From Chrysomallon squamiferum (lineage: Eukaryota; Animalia; Mollusca), in assembly GCA_012295275.1 (NCBI GenBank), contig CM022670.1, forward strand, positions 4,836,001 to 4,900,000: a stretch of DNA of 64,000 nt, read 5' to 3'. Positions 42,613-55,065 of the stretch are shown here, piece by piece; positions within the stretch are counted from its first letter, which is position 1, and every line of letters starts with the position of its first letter. The notes beneath the pieces are model-generated. The model did not search any database, had not been told where the DNA came from, and saw only the letters and a program-made list of their open reading frames with translations. The translations under genes were made by a program, and so were the position numbers.

Positions 42613-45280
42613 TTGGAAAAATGTTTTCTACTGATTTAATGATTATCGGCTGTGCGTAGGTTGTGTATTAAATAGAAAGGATATTTCTGTACGACTACTT
42701 CAGAAATCAAATTACTATCAGTGAATGTTGAGGAAAAACCTGATAACTCAATTTTATCATTGTTTCATTTAATCAGTTTAACAAAAATAATAATATTGAG
42801 GGTTGTTAAATAAGTTGTTTTTATACCATCTGAATTATAACAGTCCAGCACTTTTTTTCTGGACATTTTTGTGTTATAGCAAAGAATTTTCAATACCTGT
42901 CTTCTGGCCTGACTTTATCTTAAAGTTACTTGCTTGTCAGCTCATTTCTGCCCATTTCATATGCCAGACAGCAGCTTATTTTACGTCATACAATCAGTAT
43001 TTATAGCTGTACAGTGGCTACATACAAGCATTTGCTTTAATATATTACTGTTACTATTTTAATGAAATACAGGTGCATCTGGAATCATTTGAAAAATTAA
43101 TAATTATTCACAGAAAAGTAACATTTCCACCACTTTCCCTGTGGAATAGTTGAAACTGTTTTTGTAATAATTGATATGCAAATAACTTACATATTCACAG
43201 AGTGAGTTTAATGTTTCCACACTTGTTTCTCACAATCAAATCCAGTCAAGTTAACCTGTAAATTCATTTATTCAGGTAATTTTACGATTGTGTTAGCATT
43301 ACACCTGAAAAATAAAGCAGTAGTCATGTAATGAATGGAGTCAGAAGCAAAAAAAAAATTAAAATATGAATTACGATTTAAGCTTTAATGGTACACATCA
43401 CGTCTTCTCAAAACAAGCGCTACAACAAAATATATTTTATATGCTGTTATCACCATAAACGTTGTATTCACTGGCCATTTATAATTTGCAACAATTAAAA
43501 TAACAGACACATTCATTTTTGCTTCTTTAATATGTGTGTGTGTTAGTAAATGTTAACATAAATGCTTGTTTAAAATTTATTTACTTACAAAAATAAAATC
43601 TTGGGAACCATTTTCATACTGATAAATATACAGTGTATGTAAATTATGGCTTTGTGGATTTTTAAATACAAATAAGGAGAGACTGTAGTGTGTTCATAAC
43701 TTACTCTTCTTATTAAAATAAATTTAATATTTATTAGTGTTTGATACATACCTCTTTTTACCTTACTATTCATTTAAAAACAAAATATCTTTTAAATGTT
43801 TTGAGTAAATATTTTTAAAAATTGTAAATTAGGTTCCCAAGATTGCTTTCTAATTATTATCAAATATACCTGCTTTAAATCTTTTTTCACTGTCCTAATT
43901 TTTAAACTGAAAATGCTGTTACTGGTATTTATAAAATTTATCTTTTTGTCTGTTAAAGTAATCTAAATTTACTTATTTTTCTTCAAAGAATGTATTATTA
44001 TCAGTTATTTTAAATTGAGCATTTATCACACTTGGTTTGTTTTACAAGTTTAAATCAAATTGTTTGATAACCACATTTTTTTTTTTTTTTTTTTTTTTTT
44101 CACTTAACCAGTTCTACTTTTTATCATTTGTTGTAGTTTTGTTCTAACTTTCAAATTTTGTTTTGACATAAATGGTTTTCAGTAATTTTTAAGTTTATTG
44201 GTTGTTCATATATTCAGGCTTTGTTTTTTAAAAATATGTCTTAAAAAATAGAAAATAAAAACAATCTTGCAAACCACAATTTAGTAAATAATAACAATAG
44301 TAACTTCAAACCAACAATTTTGAGATTTTTAATTATTTATTGTGTTTTTATTTAATTATTTATTTTTTAAAATCTGTTATTATTATTTATAATGATTATT
44401 TGTTTATTGTTATTTATTTATGGGACTTTTCTTCAGTTAGAGACAAATCTTAGATGTCGACATTCCCCAGCGTACATAAGTCCATACTGGCACAGTCCTT
44501 TACTGACTAATTTTTTAAAATTAAACAGTTAACACTTTTTAAGTCTTAGTAACTGACTAATGCAGTATAAGGCCGATTATTTCCAACTTTGGTTTTAAGA
44601 ATTATTTTGCATTTTATTTTATTCAGTTAAAGAACTCTGCACATATTGCTCACATATTAAATGACTGCTGTGCTATGATAAGTGGAATGGGGTATGCATC
44701 AAGCAAATTTGTTGTGTGGGGACATTTAGAAAAAACCTCAGGTATAAGGTATGCTGTGACATGTATGTTTTGTTTTATATAGGATCTTGCAGAACAAACC
44801 ACCTATGTAAGTTGGGGAGACTGTAAAATTTGTTCTGGTAACTGATTGTATAAAACGTTTTTCAGTGTTTACTTTGGTGATCAAAATACAGCAGACTGTA
44901 ACGTGCCTCTCAAATTATCTGTTCAAAAGTTTCAAAGTATTGTCATCAAAACTTTCCATTTTGATAACAGCTGAATTTCTAACTACTCTAATAAAAATGT
45001 CCTTAGTTTTTAAATTTAAAGTATTACCATCTATACAATAGTTCTGTTTCAAAAATAAAATAATCTTCAGTTATTTTTATTACTGGTATTGTAAATGTCC
45101 ATTTGTTAAAATAATAAACATTATGTCATAGTTTTTATTTTGTTGTTGATTTTACAAATTCAGTATGGTTCATTTTTAGGTTATCCATCAGAGAGAATGT
45201 ACAGGCACCCTTGCTGTGGACAAAACTTCAATATATATATTTTTTATTTTTAAATTTTAAAATTTCTAAATTTATTTATT

Positions 45281-45328
<48 letters not shown>

Positions 45329-46393
45329 TGTTTGGGTTTGGGTTATTTTTATTTTGGGTTTTTTTTTTGGTTGTTGGATGGATTTCTTTTATGTGATTTA
45401 TTCTAAACCATTTCCAGCAAAGCCGACACATAAGTCCCAGGATCAATCCCCTTTAACCACACATTTAACTTTTTTTCATTTCAAACACTTACCTACAGCT
45501 GGTTTATCAGGCTGTGGTGTGTAGTTTGCAGTCACTGGAAAAATGCATGTATAAATAAATAAACTGATGGTGTCCATATAATGGTGGAAACAAATTTCCT
45601 CAAGTATTACTTATATGAAATGACTGGCATCTAATTATAAATATTAACATGCTGAAGTGACATTAAACAGTCACTGTGTTATGGAATCCCTTTCAATCAA
45701 CATTTTATGCTGATGTCAAAATAATTTAAATTCAATGCGCAAAGGATTGAAGAGTTTCCAAAAAAGGTAAAGAGTCACTTAAGATTGTCTCTATAATTTT
45801 AAATGTTTTGTTTTAGTTTTTACCTTGTTATTAAAGCTTATTAAAGCTACAAAATAGTTGTTGAACAAAATATCACAATAAATTAATGTGTAACAAAATC
45901 TAAACTATGAAAGACAAAAACTTTATTTTGTGACATGTTTTAACAATGATCTATCATTTTAAAGTTTGTGTTGAAAATTTTTCACAGTAACTAAACATAA
46001 AAAGTAAGTAAAAATTCCATCTTGTCACAAATCAAAGGTTATGACCTCTATATGCCTCTGCCGGCATATTTTACGTAAGTATGAAATTACAGTAGCTTGA
46101 AAGTAACAACAGAAACATCCAAGTTAATAAATTAAAAAAATAATTGCAAGCAATAAATGTGTAAAATTACATAAAAAATATATAATGCAAGTAATCAAAA
46201 AGAAGTGAACATTTTAAAAATGTATTTTGAAAGTATTTATTTTATATGTATGTATGTATGTGTGAAACAAAGTGACTGAACATAAACTTTATAATCGTTA
46301 TTAAAAATTATTCATAAACGTACTTAATAACAAACCGATTTTTTTTTGTTTGTTTTTTCGTTTGCTGGAAATGGACTATCGATTCAGCCACAT

Positions 46394-47881
46394 TTAACTG
46401 TTCTCATCATCCTGGTTTTGAAGCCGCTGTAGTAACTGGTGTCTCACTACTTGCACGTCAGGACGTCTTCTCTGTCTGTTTCTGTTTGAAGACGGAGACA
46501 CTCGTAAACCAGTTGTCGGAACATAAATTTCGCGCCGAGAATTTCTTGTGCGTCTGCTCTGCATGGGAGGAGAGATGTTATCGATATTCTCATTCTGTAT
46601 TGTTTCCTGTGTTGATCGTCTGTCCATGATTCTCTGGGTTATAGCTTCAATAGCTTCTGCGTCCAAAAGATCCGGTTCTTCTTCTTGGTTTTCTGGAGTG
46701 TGTGCTGAGTAATCGTCCGCTGGTTCTGTGGCATAATCGTCATAGTCGAAAAGGCAGAAACTTCGTTGAAACTGTCGCACTTTTTCTTGTCTTTCTTCTA
46801 AATCGAAAATATAAAGCTGATGAGCAGGGACGGGCTGCTTCAGTTGAAGGTCCTGGTTTGTTGCAAGTTCTCCCAGCATGCTCATTTCTGACAGAAATGC
46901 TCCTTCATTTGGGACTTCAAATCCCACTGAAACAAAGAGTTCGTCATCATCGTCAGTGTCTGCTGTTTTACTAAATTCATCTTCTTTTTCTTTCATTTTA
47001 TCATGCAGAACAAACAGTTGTTTGATGTCATTTGATGCACGAGCTTGTATAAACGATTCATAATTTTTTCTTAGATCAGACACATTCTCAGTCACTCCAT
47101 AAAATTTTGTGTTGATTTTATTCTTTTGTTCTTTTATTTGCTGTTGCATCATCGTGGTCAGTGCCTCTTGTCTTCTTTCCAAAAGCAGACGATACTCAAT
47201 GAAAGTATCTTTTATTTTATTTCGCAGTTTTCTCTCCAATAGATCCAGCCTTTTAGATGCATTAGCCAGAGCGTCTGATCTGATTCTCATTTTTTCCAAA
47301 ATCTGCTTGCTTTTGTTTTCAACGTCGTTGAACTCTTCTGAGTTTTCACTAAGAGCTTCAGAGACATCTACGATATTGTGTCCTTGTTGTTCCTTGTGAT
47401 CTAAAACAGTACAGTCTCTACACACAGGCATCACACACTTTTTGCAAAAAAAATTCAGAGGTTGGTTTTCGTGTTTAGAACATACATTCTTTGACTTGAC
47501 CACCGCCTGATTCAAAAAGTCTATCATTTGTATAACCCTGTGATCATTTGGTAGCTTCTTAATTTCTCCTCGACTAAGGTAAATTTCCACTCTGCACTGT
47601 GGACATTTCAAGGTCCCATCAAGTGTTTCGTCTCCCCAAAGAAGCGTTCGTCTGGCAGCTGGCTGACTGTGGTCAAACACCTGCTTCAAACATGGAAGGC
47701 AGAAGGTATGATTACAAGGCAAGGATTTGGCAGGGCGCTCGTCAACATCGTATTTTTCACGACAGACTTGACAACGTAAAAACTGCTCTTCAAAAGATGT
47801 TTCATCGACAATCAAGCTCCTGCTTGTAGCTCCTTCGTCCTTCGTCGGAGCGTCCGTTGCAGCAGATCCTTCAGATGTCAT
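46394..47881 (-). CDS. TRIM/RBCC E3 ligase copy A (RING, B-box 2, coiled coil, acidic/disordered tail), 495 aa, single coding exon
   Basis: RING CQVC...CNHTFCLPC...CPQC; B-box CSKH...CKKC...CRDC...H...H; long heptad-rich region. True start is probably ATG 47881, 7 nt after acceptor TTATAG. No SPRY or NHL domain is visible. Confidence 0.93.
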   Translation of the reverse strand: MTSEGSAATDAPTKDEGATSRSLIVDETSFEEQFLRCQVCREKYDVDERPAKSLPCNHTFCLPCLKQVFDHSQPAARRTLLWGDETLDGTLKCPQCRVEIYLSRGEIKKLPNDHRVIQMIDFLNQAVVKSKNVCSKHENQPLNFFCKKCVMPVCRDCTVLDHKEQQGHNIVDVSEALSENSEEFNDVENKSKQILEKMRIRSDALANASKRLDLLERKLRNKIKDTFIEYRLLLERRQEALTTMMQQQIKEQKNKINTKFYGVTENVSDLRKNYESFIQARASNDIKQLFVLHDKMKEKEDEFSKTADTDDDDELFVSVGFEVPNEGAFLSEMSMLGELATNQDLQLKQPVPAHQLYIFDLEERQEKVRQFQRSFCLFDYDDYATEPADDYSAHTPENQEEEPDLLDAEAIEAITQRIMDRRSTQETIQNENIDNISPPMQSRRTRNSRREIYVPTTGLRVSPSSNRNRQRRRPDVQVVRHQLLQRLQNQDDENS

Positions 47882-48066
47882 GTTTAATCTATAAGCATTA
47901 AGAAACAATAATATGCACCTTGAAACATATTTGTGGAATTATACTAACAAATAAGCTACTACAATACACCATTAGTGGATATTCGTGGACCACCGGCTTT
48001 AATAATAATTTTAAAAATTAATAAATATTTTTATAATTTATGTTTATCTTTAAAATATAAACGCAA

Positions 48067-48650
48067 TTTTATTTTTCTTTACTGAATTTAAACAATAAAA
48101 GTAAGAATGACGGTTTCAGTTGCTACTAAGTGTTTCTTCTTTATTAAGGGAGTTCCTTCTTTTTTAATTTACAACTTATAAAATTAATAAACAGTACATA
48201 TATATATATATAAAATAAGATTTTGAGTGATAAATATTGAAATATTTTAATATTAAATCTGTAATGTACGTTTATGAACTGTCTTCTTAACTATAAGTGT
48301 ACACAGGCACACACATACATTTATTAATAATAACAATGACTTTCTTTATAATTATTTTTTTATCTTTCTTTACTGAATTTAAACAATAAAAGTAAGAATA
48401 ACGGTTTCAGTTGGTACTAAGTGTTTCTTCTTTATTAAGGGAGTTCCTTCTTTATTAATCTACAACTTATAAAATTAATAAACAGTACATATATATATAT
48501 AATAAAATAAGATTTTGAGTGATAAATACTGAAATATTTTAATATTAAATCTGTAATGTACGTTTATGGACTGTCTTCTCAACTATAAGTGTACACAGGC
48601 ACACACATACATTTATTAATAACAATCACTTTCTTTTAATTATTTTTTTT
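48067..48650. repeat. ~290-bp local tandem duplication in the 5' intron of TRIM copy A
   Basis: TTTCTTTACTGAATTTAAACAATAAAAGTAAGAAT... occurs at about 48075 and again at about 48365. Unit B has a single copy. Confidence 0.9.
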
Positions 48651-48827
48651 TATCTGATAACAACTGAAGAATAAAAATAAGTTACAAATAAAAGAGACTT
48701 ACTAAAGTAAAAACCTTAATTTTCGTGAGTTCAGAACAATCTTTTCTTACTTCTTTCTTACCTGTAAAATATCAAGCTCACTTAAAGTTAATAGGAAGTA
48801 CTAATGTATAAACAAAACTATGCTTAC

Positions 48828-49089
48828 ATTTAAACTGTTTACCAACACTACAGTGTTATTTATAAACCTAGCACAAAGAAACTATGACGAGTGTTGGTGC
48901 TCCAAAATATATGTCAACAGAATCAATAAAGCAGATCATACGATCATACGATTTAACCTAGTTACAAATTGACAAAAAACAACACACCTGTCTTTAATGC
49001 ACTGTGAATTAATAGCTAAATATTTTGCATCAAAATTAATAGACATTTTACCGATATTCTGGAAATGAAACCGAAGTACTTCGTTTCTC
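48828..49089 (-). promoter_or_regulatory. Putative TRIM copy A promoter (TATA, Inr-like, IRF/ISRE-like site)
   Basis: Minus-strand TATAAATA at 48864-48857, with ACAGTT about 28 nt downstream and donors at 48827 and 48761. GAAATGAAACCGAAGT lies at 49062-49077. Confidence 0.45.
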
Positions 49090-50655
49090 ATTGTTTACAA
49101 ATCGCCATGCCACCGAAGGGTGTATGTCGTCTGCGTTTTATTCCTGCACTGTGGCCATGTGCCAAAAACCAAAACAAACACCCCCATCTTACCATAAACA
49201 TTTAGTCATCGGTACACTTACATCAGCTGTATAATAAGGGGGAAATCAGTTATTTTAAAATTCTCACATTACCTTTAATAATGTGATCTGCGAATGTATT
49301 CCAGATGATTACTGTTCTTCAGAAGATGTATTAATAGCCGATCGAATAACTGATCTCGCTATTGTTTGACAAATTTTACAGGTCTGGACAAGAACTGAAT
49401 TATATTAATGTTGCAGTAACACAGACACGTTCGACGGCCAATTGTGTTACTTAATTCGATAGGTAATCGAAACGGTAGTTACGGTAAATTTCAGTTGAAA
49501 AAAATAACGAAAGAAAGCACAGAAAATTAGTACTTGCTTTAATTTTTATTATTATTTGGATAAAAATATAGCTTGTCCTTTTAACAAACTTTCTACTGTC
49601 TAAAGCAATATTTATTATTATTAATGTATTACTAAAAATTGCCAATATATAATATTTTTATTATTAATTTGTTATATTTTTCTGTTTATTTTATAGTAGG
49701 AAGATAAAACATTGGTTCGATCACCAATGATATATGCATGCGTGTACAGTGTGTGACAATAGTTTAATACGTAGTTAAAATCTGACCACATTTCAGTTCC
49801 TATACTAATAGAAACAGAGCCATAGTAATAGTAATAATAATAATATGCGCTACAAGCCGCTCCTATATAATTTGAAAGTGTCGTGCGTAATGACTAATTC
49901 AGATATCACGTTCCAAACACTGAAATTAAATATGTAGAAATTGTTAAAGAGAAACGATTAATAATTTACAAATACAGGCGAATTGGTGCCCCATACATAA
50001 TTACAGATGTTGTTTGTACTGGCGGTAGTTTACATAGGTAGATAAGTTTCCTATTATATTCACAAATCGTAATTGTTTGTGAATACCTGGTTCATTTATA
50101 TCTTGCTCTCCACCCTAATCATGAATACAAAGAATTATAATTACGCATATTAAAGTTATATGCAAAATGAAATGCTGTGATAACGTACATGTGTTTGTGT
50201 GCGTGTGTGTGTGTTTTAATGGTTATCAGCTCAGATGACTCAACTATTGAGAAGCATCATACAGCACAAGACTGCTCCTAATTCAACGAATCTTTCTACC
50301 AGTGTTTTGTCCAGCGCGTGAAGAATGGCAGCAGAAAATAAAAGTTACCTGGAAAAATATTGATAGAAAATATCGAACTGTGAAAGTTCAGAAGAAAATG
50401 ACATCCATATTTTTGTTTACTATTATTATTATCAAACTTGGCATATGTATTTCACGAGTGAAATTTTTATATGTATAATTTTAAAATGTTTTCAGAGTTT
50501 GATTCTTGATCAGATAAGGCTTTTATGTATTTTTCTTTTTTCTTTTTTTTATATCTCTATTTTCAGTATAATTCTGAATACTTTATACTGAAATGATATT
50601 TCCAAAATGTGTATTTTATTAACTTCAGTGTATATTAAAGCTCTTGTGAAAAAAA

Positions 50656-50703
<48 letters not shown>

Positions 50704-50704
50704 C

Positions 50705-51156
50705 TGCCTCGGGAAACTGTTTATCGCGGTGTTAAATAATAAACTGAAGTTGTATCTTGAAACAAATAATATACTTTCTAAAGTTCAGGCACGATTTTGG
50801 AAGGATTATTGTACAAATTCTGTTGTTATTCCATAAAATTGATTATAACCGAAGACATCATTCCTCGAACACATTTTTACATTATATGGATTAGTTGAAC
50901 TGAAGAAGGCACGAAAGAAAAACGTTTATGAACATTTATAGATTTCAACAAAGGTTTTGATTCAGTGTGGAAAATCGGACTATGGGGAAAATTAATTCAA
51001 AATGGCATAAATGGTAAATGTTTCCAGATAATTTACTATATGACCTTGTCACTGTACTTTTTGCAGACAATTACCAAAATATGCAAAAATTACGTTTTTG
51101 ATTCTTACTCCAGTAAATGGAAACTTACAGTAAACTGTGAAAAAAAAAAAAAAAAA

Positions 51157-51189
<33 letters not shown>

Positions 51190-51410
51190 AAAAACAAACA
51201 AAAGAAACAAACGAAAGTCTTAATTTTTAATCGTAACCACAAAAATTACAAAGAAATAGTTTTATGGCGGAAAATCAAAGCTTGATAATTTAGAAAGTTA
51301 TAAATATTATTTTTCATAAATCGAACAGATTTACTAAGGCAAGAAACGTTATATATATACAAGCACAGAAAGCTAGAGATTGCATTCTACGACAAGGAAA
51401 ACGTCATATA
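50705..51410 (+). mobile_element. Decayed non-LTR retrotransposon (LINE) reverse-transcriptase fragment
   Basis: Broken frames read CLGKLFIAVLNNKLKLYLETNNILSKVQARF, HIFTL, FIDFNKGFDSVWKIGLWGKLIQNGINGK and KWKLTVN..TKVLIF. These are typical LINE RT segments. Confidence 0.85.
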
Positions 51411-52641
51411 AAATGTATCTCTATGTGTCTGTTAAAGTAATCTAAATTTACATATTTTTCTTCAAAGAATTTATTATTATCAGTTATTATAAATTGAGCG
51501 TTTATCATGTTTGGTTTGTTTTACAAGTTTAGGCCAAGTTGTTTGATAACCACATTTGGGTTTTTTTCAGTTAACCAGTTCTACTTTTTATCATTTGTTG
51601 TAGTTTTGTTCTAACTTTCAAATTTTGTTTTGACATAAACGGTTTTCAGTAATTTTTAAGTTTATTGGTTGTTCATATATGGAGGCTTGCTTTTTTAAAA
51701 TGTGTCTTAAAAAATAGAAGATAAAAACAATCTTGCAAACCACAATTTAGTAAATAATAACAATAGTAACTTCAAACCAACAATTTTGAGACTTTTAATT
51801 ATTTATTCTGTTTTTATTTAATTATTTACTTTTTAAAATCTGTTATTATTATTTATAATGATTATTTGGTTACTGTTATTTATTTATGGGACTTTTCTTC
51901 AGTTAGAGACAAATCTTAGATGGTAGACATTCCCCAGCGTACATAAGTCCATACTGGCACAGTCCTTTACTGACTAATTTTTTTAAAATTAAACAGTTAA
52001 CACTTTTTAAGTCTTAGTAAGCGACTAATGCAGTATAAGGCCGAGGATTTCCAACTTTGGTTTTAAGAATTATTTTGCATTTTATTTTATTCAGTTAAGG
52101 AACTCTGCACATATTGCTCACATATTAAATGACTGCTGTGCTATGATAAGTGGAATGGGGTATGCATCAAGCAAATTTGTTGTGTGGGGACATTTAGAAA
52201 AAACCTCAGGTATAAGGTATGCTGTGACATGTATGTTTTGTTTTATATAGGATCTTGCAGAACAAACCACCTATGTAAGTTGGGGAGACTGTAAAATTTG
52301 TTCTGGTAACTGATTGTATAAAACGTTTTTCAGTGTTTACTTTGGTGATCAAAATACAGCAGACTGTAACGTGCCTCTCAAATTATCTGTATTAAAATTA
52401 AAGAATGGAAAATTTAATTTCAAAATTATATTGAAAATTTTCTGAAAATGTATTTTGAAACTGTATTTATTAATATGTATGCATGTATATATGTATGTAT
52501 GTATGTATGTATGCTACAAAGTGACTGAATATAAACTTTATAATCGTTATTAAAAATTATTCATAAACGTACTTAATAACAAACCGATTTTGTTTTTGTT
52601 TTTTTTCGTTTGCTGGAAATGGACTATCGATTCAGCCACAT

Positions 52642-54129
52642 TTAACTGTTCTCATCATCCTGGTTTTGAAGCCGCTGTAGTAACTGGTGTCTCACTACTT
52701 GCACGTCAGGACGTCTTCTCTGTCTGTTTCTGTTTGAAGACGGAGACACTCGTAAACCAGTTGTCGGAACATAAATTTCGCGCCGAGAATTTCTTGTGCG
52801 TCTGCTCTGCATGGGAGGAGAGATGTTATCGATATTCTCATTCTGTATTGTTTCCTGTGTTGATCGTCTGTCCATGATTCTCTGGGTTATAGCTTCAATA
52901 GTTTCTGCGTCCAAAAGATCCGGTTCTTCTTCCTGGTTTTCTGGAGTGTGTGCTGAGTAATCGTCCACTGGTTCTGTGGCATAATCGTCATAGTCCCAAG
53001 GGCAGACACTTTGTTGAAACTGTCGCACTCTTTCTTGCCTTTCTTCTAAATCGAAAATGTAAAGCTGATGAGCAGGGACGGGCTGCTTCAGTTGAAGGTC
53101 CTGGTTTGTTGCAAGTTCTCCCAGCATGCTCATTTCTGACAGAAATGCTCCTTCATTTGGGGCTTCAAATCCCACTGAAACAAAGAGTTCGTCATCATCG
53201 TCAGTGTCTGCTGTTTTACTAAATTCATCTTCTTTTTCTTTCATTTTATCATGCAGGACAAACAGTTGTTTGATGTCATTTGATGCACGAGCTTGTATAA
53301 ACGATTCGTAAAGTTTTCTTAGATCAGACACATTCTCAGTCACTCCATAAAATTTTGTGTTGATTTTATTCTTTTGTTCTTTTATTTGCTGTTGCATCAT
53401 CGTGGTCAGTGCCTCTTGTCTTCTTTCCAAAAGCAGACGATACTCAATGAAAGTATCTTTTATTTTATTTCGCAGTTTTCTCTCTAAAAGGTCCAACCTT
53501 TTAGATGCATTAGCCAGAGCGTCTGATCTGATTCTCATTTTTTCCAAAATCCGCTTGCTTTTGTTTTCAACGTCGTTGAACTCTTCTGAGTTTTCACTAA
53601 GAGCTTCAGAGACATCTACGATATTGTGTCCTTGTTGTTCCTTGTGATCTAAAATAGTACAGTCTCTACACACAGGTATCACACACGTTTTGCAAAAAAA
53701 ATTCAGAGGTTGGTTTTCGTGTTTAGAACATACATTCTTTGACTTGACCACCGCCTGATTCAAAAAGTCTATCATTTGTATAACCCTGTGATCATTTGGT
53801 AGCTTCTTAATTTCTCCTCGACTAAGGTAAATTTCCACTCTGCACTGTGGACATTTCAAGGTCCCATCAAGTGTTTCGTCTCCCCAAAGAAGCGTTCGTC
53901 TGGCAGCGGGCTGACTGTGGTCAAATACCTGCTTCAAACATGGAAGGCAGAAGGTGTGATTACAAGGCAAGGATTTGGCAGGGCGCTCGTCAACATCGTA
54001 TTTTTCACGACAATGTGGGCAACGTAAAAACTGCTCTTCAAAAGATGTTTCATCGACAATCAAGCTCCTGCTTGTAGCTCCTTCGCCCTTCGTCGGAGCG
54101 TCCGTTGCAGCAGATCCTTTAGATGTCAT
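52642..54129 (-). CDS. TRIM/RBCC E3 ligase copy B, 495 aa, single coding exon
   Basis: Same architecture as copy A with an intact ORF. 17 amino-acid differences counted from the ORF track. Start ATG at 54129. Confidence 0.93.
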   Translation of the reverse strand: MTSKGSAATDAPTKGEGATSRSLIVDETSFEEQFLRCPHCREKYDVDERPAKSLPCNHTFCLPCLKQVFDHSQPAARRTLLWGDETLDGTLKCPQCRVEIYLSRGEIKKLPNDHRVIQMIDFLNQAVVKSKNVCSKHENQPLNFFCKTCVIPVCRDCTILDHKEQQGHNIVDVSEALSENSEEFNDVENKSKRILEKMRIRSDALANASKRLDLLERKLRNKIKDTFIEYRLLLERRQEALTTMMQQQIKEQKNKINTKFYGVTENVSDLRKLYESFIQARASNDIKQLFVLHDKMKEKEDEFSKTADTDDDDELFVSVGFEAPNEGAFLSEMSMLGELATNQDLQLKQPVPAHQLYIFDLEERQERVRQFQQSVCPWDYDDYATEPVDDYSAHTPENQEEEPDLLDAETIEAITQRIMDRRSTQETIQNENIDNISPPMQSRRTRNSRREIYVPTTGLRVSPSSNRNRQRRRPDVQVVRHQLLQRLQNQDDENS

Positions 54130-54458
54130 GTTTAATCTATAAGCATTAAGAAACAATAATATGCACCTTGAAACATATTTGTGGAATTGTACTAACAAAT
54201 AAGCTACTACAATACACCATTAGTGGATATTCGTGGACCACCGGCTTTAATCATAATTTTAAAAATTAATAAATATTTTTATAATTTATGTTTGTCTTTA
54301 AAATATAAACGCAATTTTATCTTTCTTTACTGAATTTAAACAATAAAAGTAAGAATAACGGTTTCAGTTGCTACTAAGTGTTTCTTTTTTTTAAGGGAGT
54401 TTCTACTTTTTAATCTACAACTTATAAAATTAATAAACAATACATAATATATATATAT

Positions 54459-55065
54459 CAAAACCATCTAGGATTTATAGTTGGTTGCAAATGACTGAAT
54501 GTCACCTTCACAAAAACGGAAGAATAAAATAATTGCTGTAATTCTCGACAACTGTTATTACTATATATCATATAAAATGTTTGAAATGGCTTTGTTATAG
54601 CCATGGGTGTTACTTTTACTACTTCTTTTTTTTTTTTTAATTTCCATTTTTCGTTTCGCCTTCTTCCCCCCACCCCTCCCCAAGTATGTTTATTAGGTTT
54701 AACGATCTCGGTTTATAGTTTCCACACTGGTTACGCACTACCAGTCGTAATTACTGATTAGAAAGGTCAGGGGTTAACCTGTGTGCATAAGAATAGTTTG
54801 GATTGCAACAGCAATTTGTCGACCTTAGCTTCGATTTAAAAAAAAAAAGAAAAAAAGATGGCTTTGCGCCAAAATAATGAACACAGAAGCAATACTGAAG
54901 TGCATAACAGTTTAATAATAATAATAATAATAATTATTATTATTATTCGATATACAATTTTTGAAAATTATTTAATGATATTAAATGAACCTTAAATTTA
55001 TATCTGTGATACAATAAACAAAAGAAAATAATAAAATAAAATAAATAAGGCAAGCAAAACAAAAG
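54459..55065. other. ~600-bp block present only in unit B, at the (TA)n tract of the TRIM 5' intron
   Basis: Unit A reads ...ATATATAT-AAAATAAGATTTTGAGTG directly; unit B has this block in between. No TIRs recognised. Confidence 0.75.

Noticed and set aside
44783-44806. 24-nt plus-strand micro-exon (TAG|...|GTAAGT), also in unit B
   Set aside because: The nearest donor gives only a ~41-nt intron, SUGT1 has already terminated, and no gene context is visible.
47882-47908. N-terminal extensions of the TRIM ORFs in the track (also 54130-54198)
   Set aside because: They begin at non-ATG codons upstream of the TTATAG acceptor, so they are intronic.
46702-54077. Plus-strand ORFs antisense to the TRIM genes, present in both copies
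   Set aside because: Shadow ORFs, shared only because the duplication is recent.
15216-54129. Functional clusters (perilipin with nocturnin for lipid; SUGT1 with TRIM for immunity)
   Set aside because: Adjacency alone is not evidence; it would need conserved synteny or co-expression.
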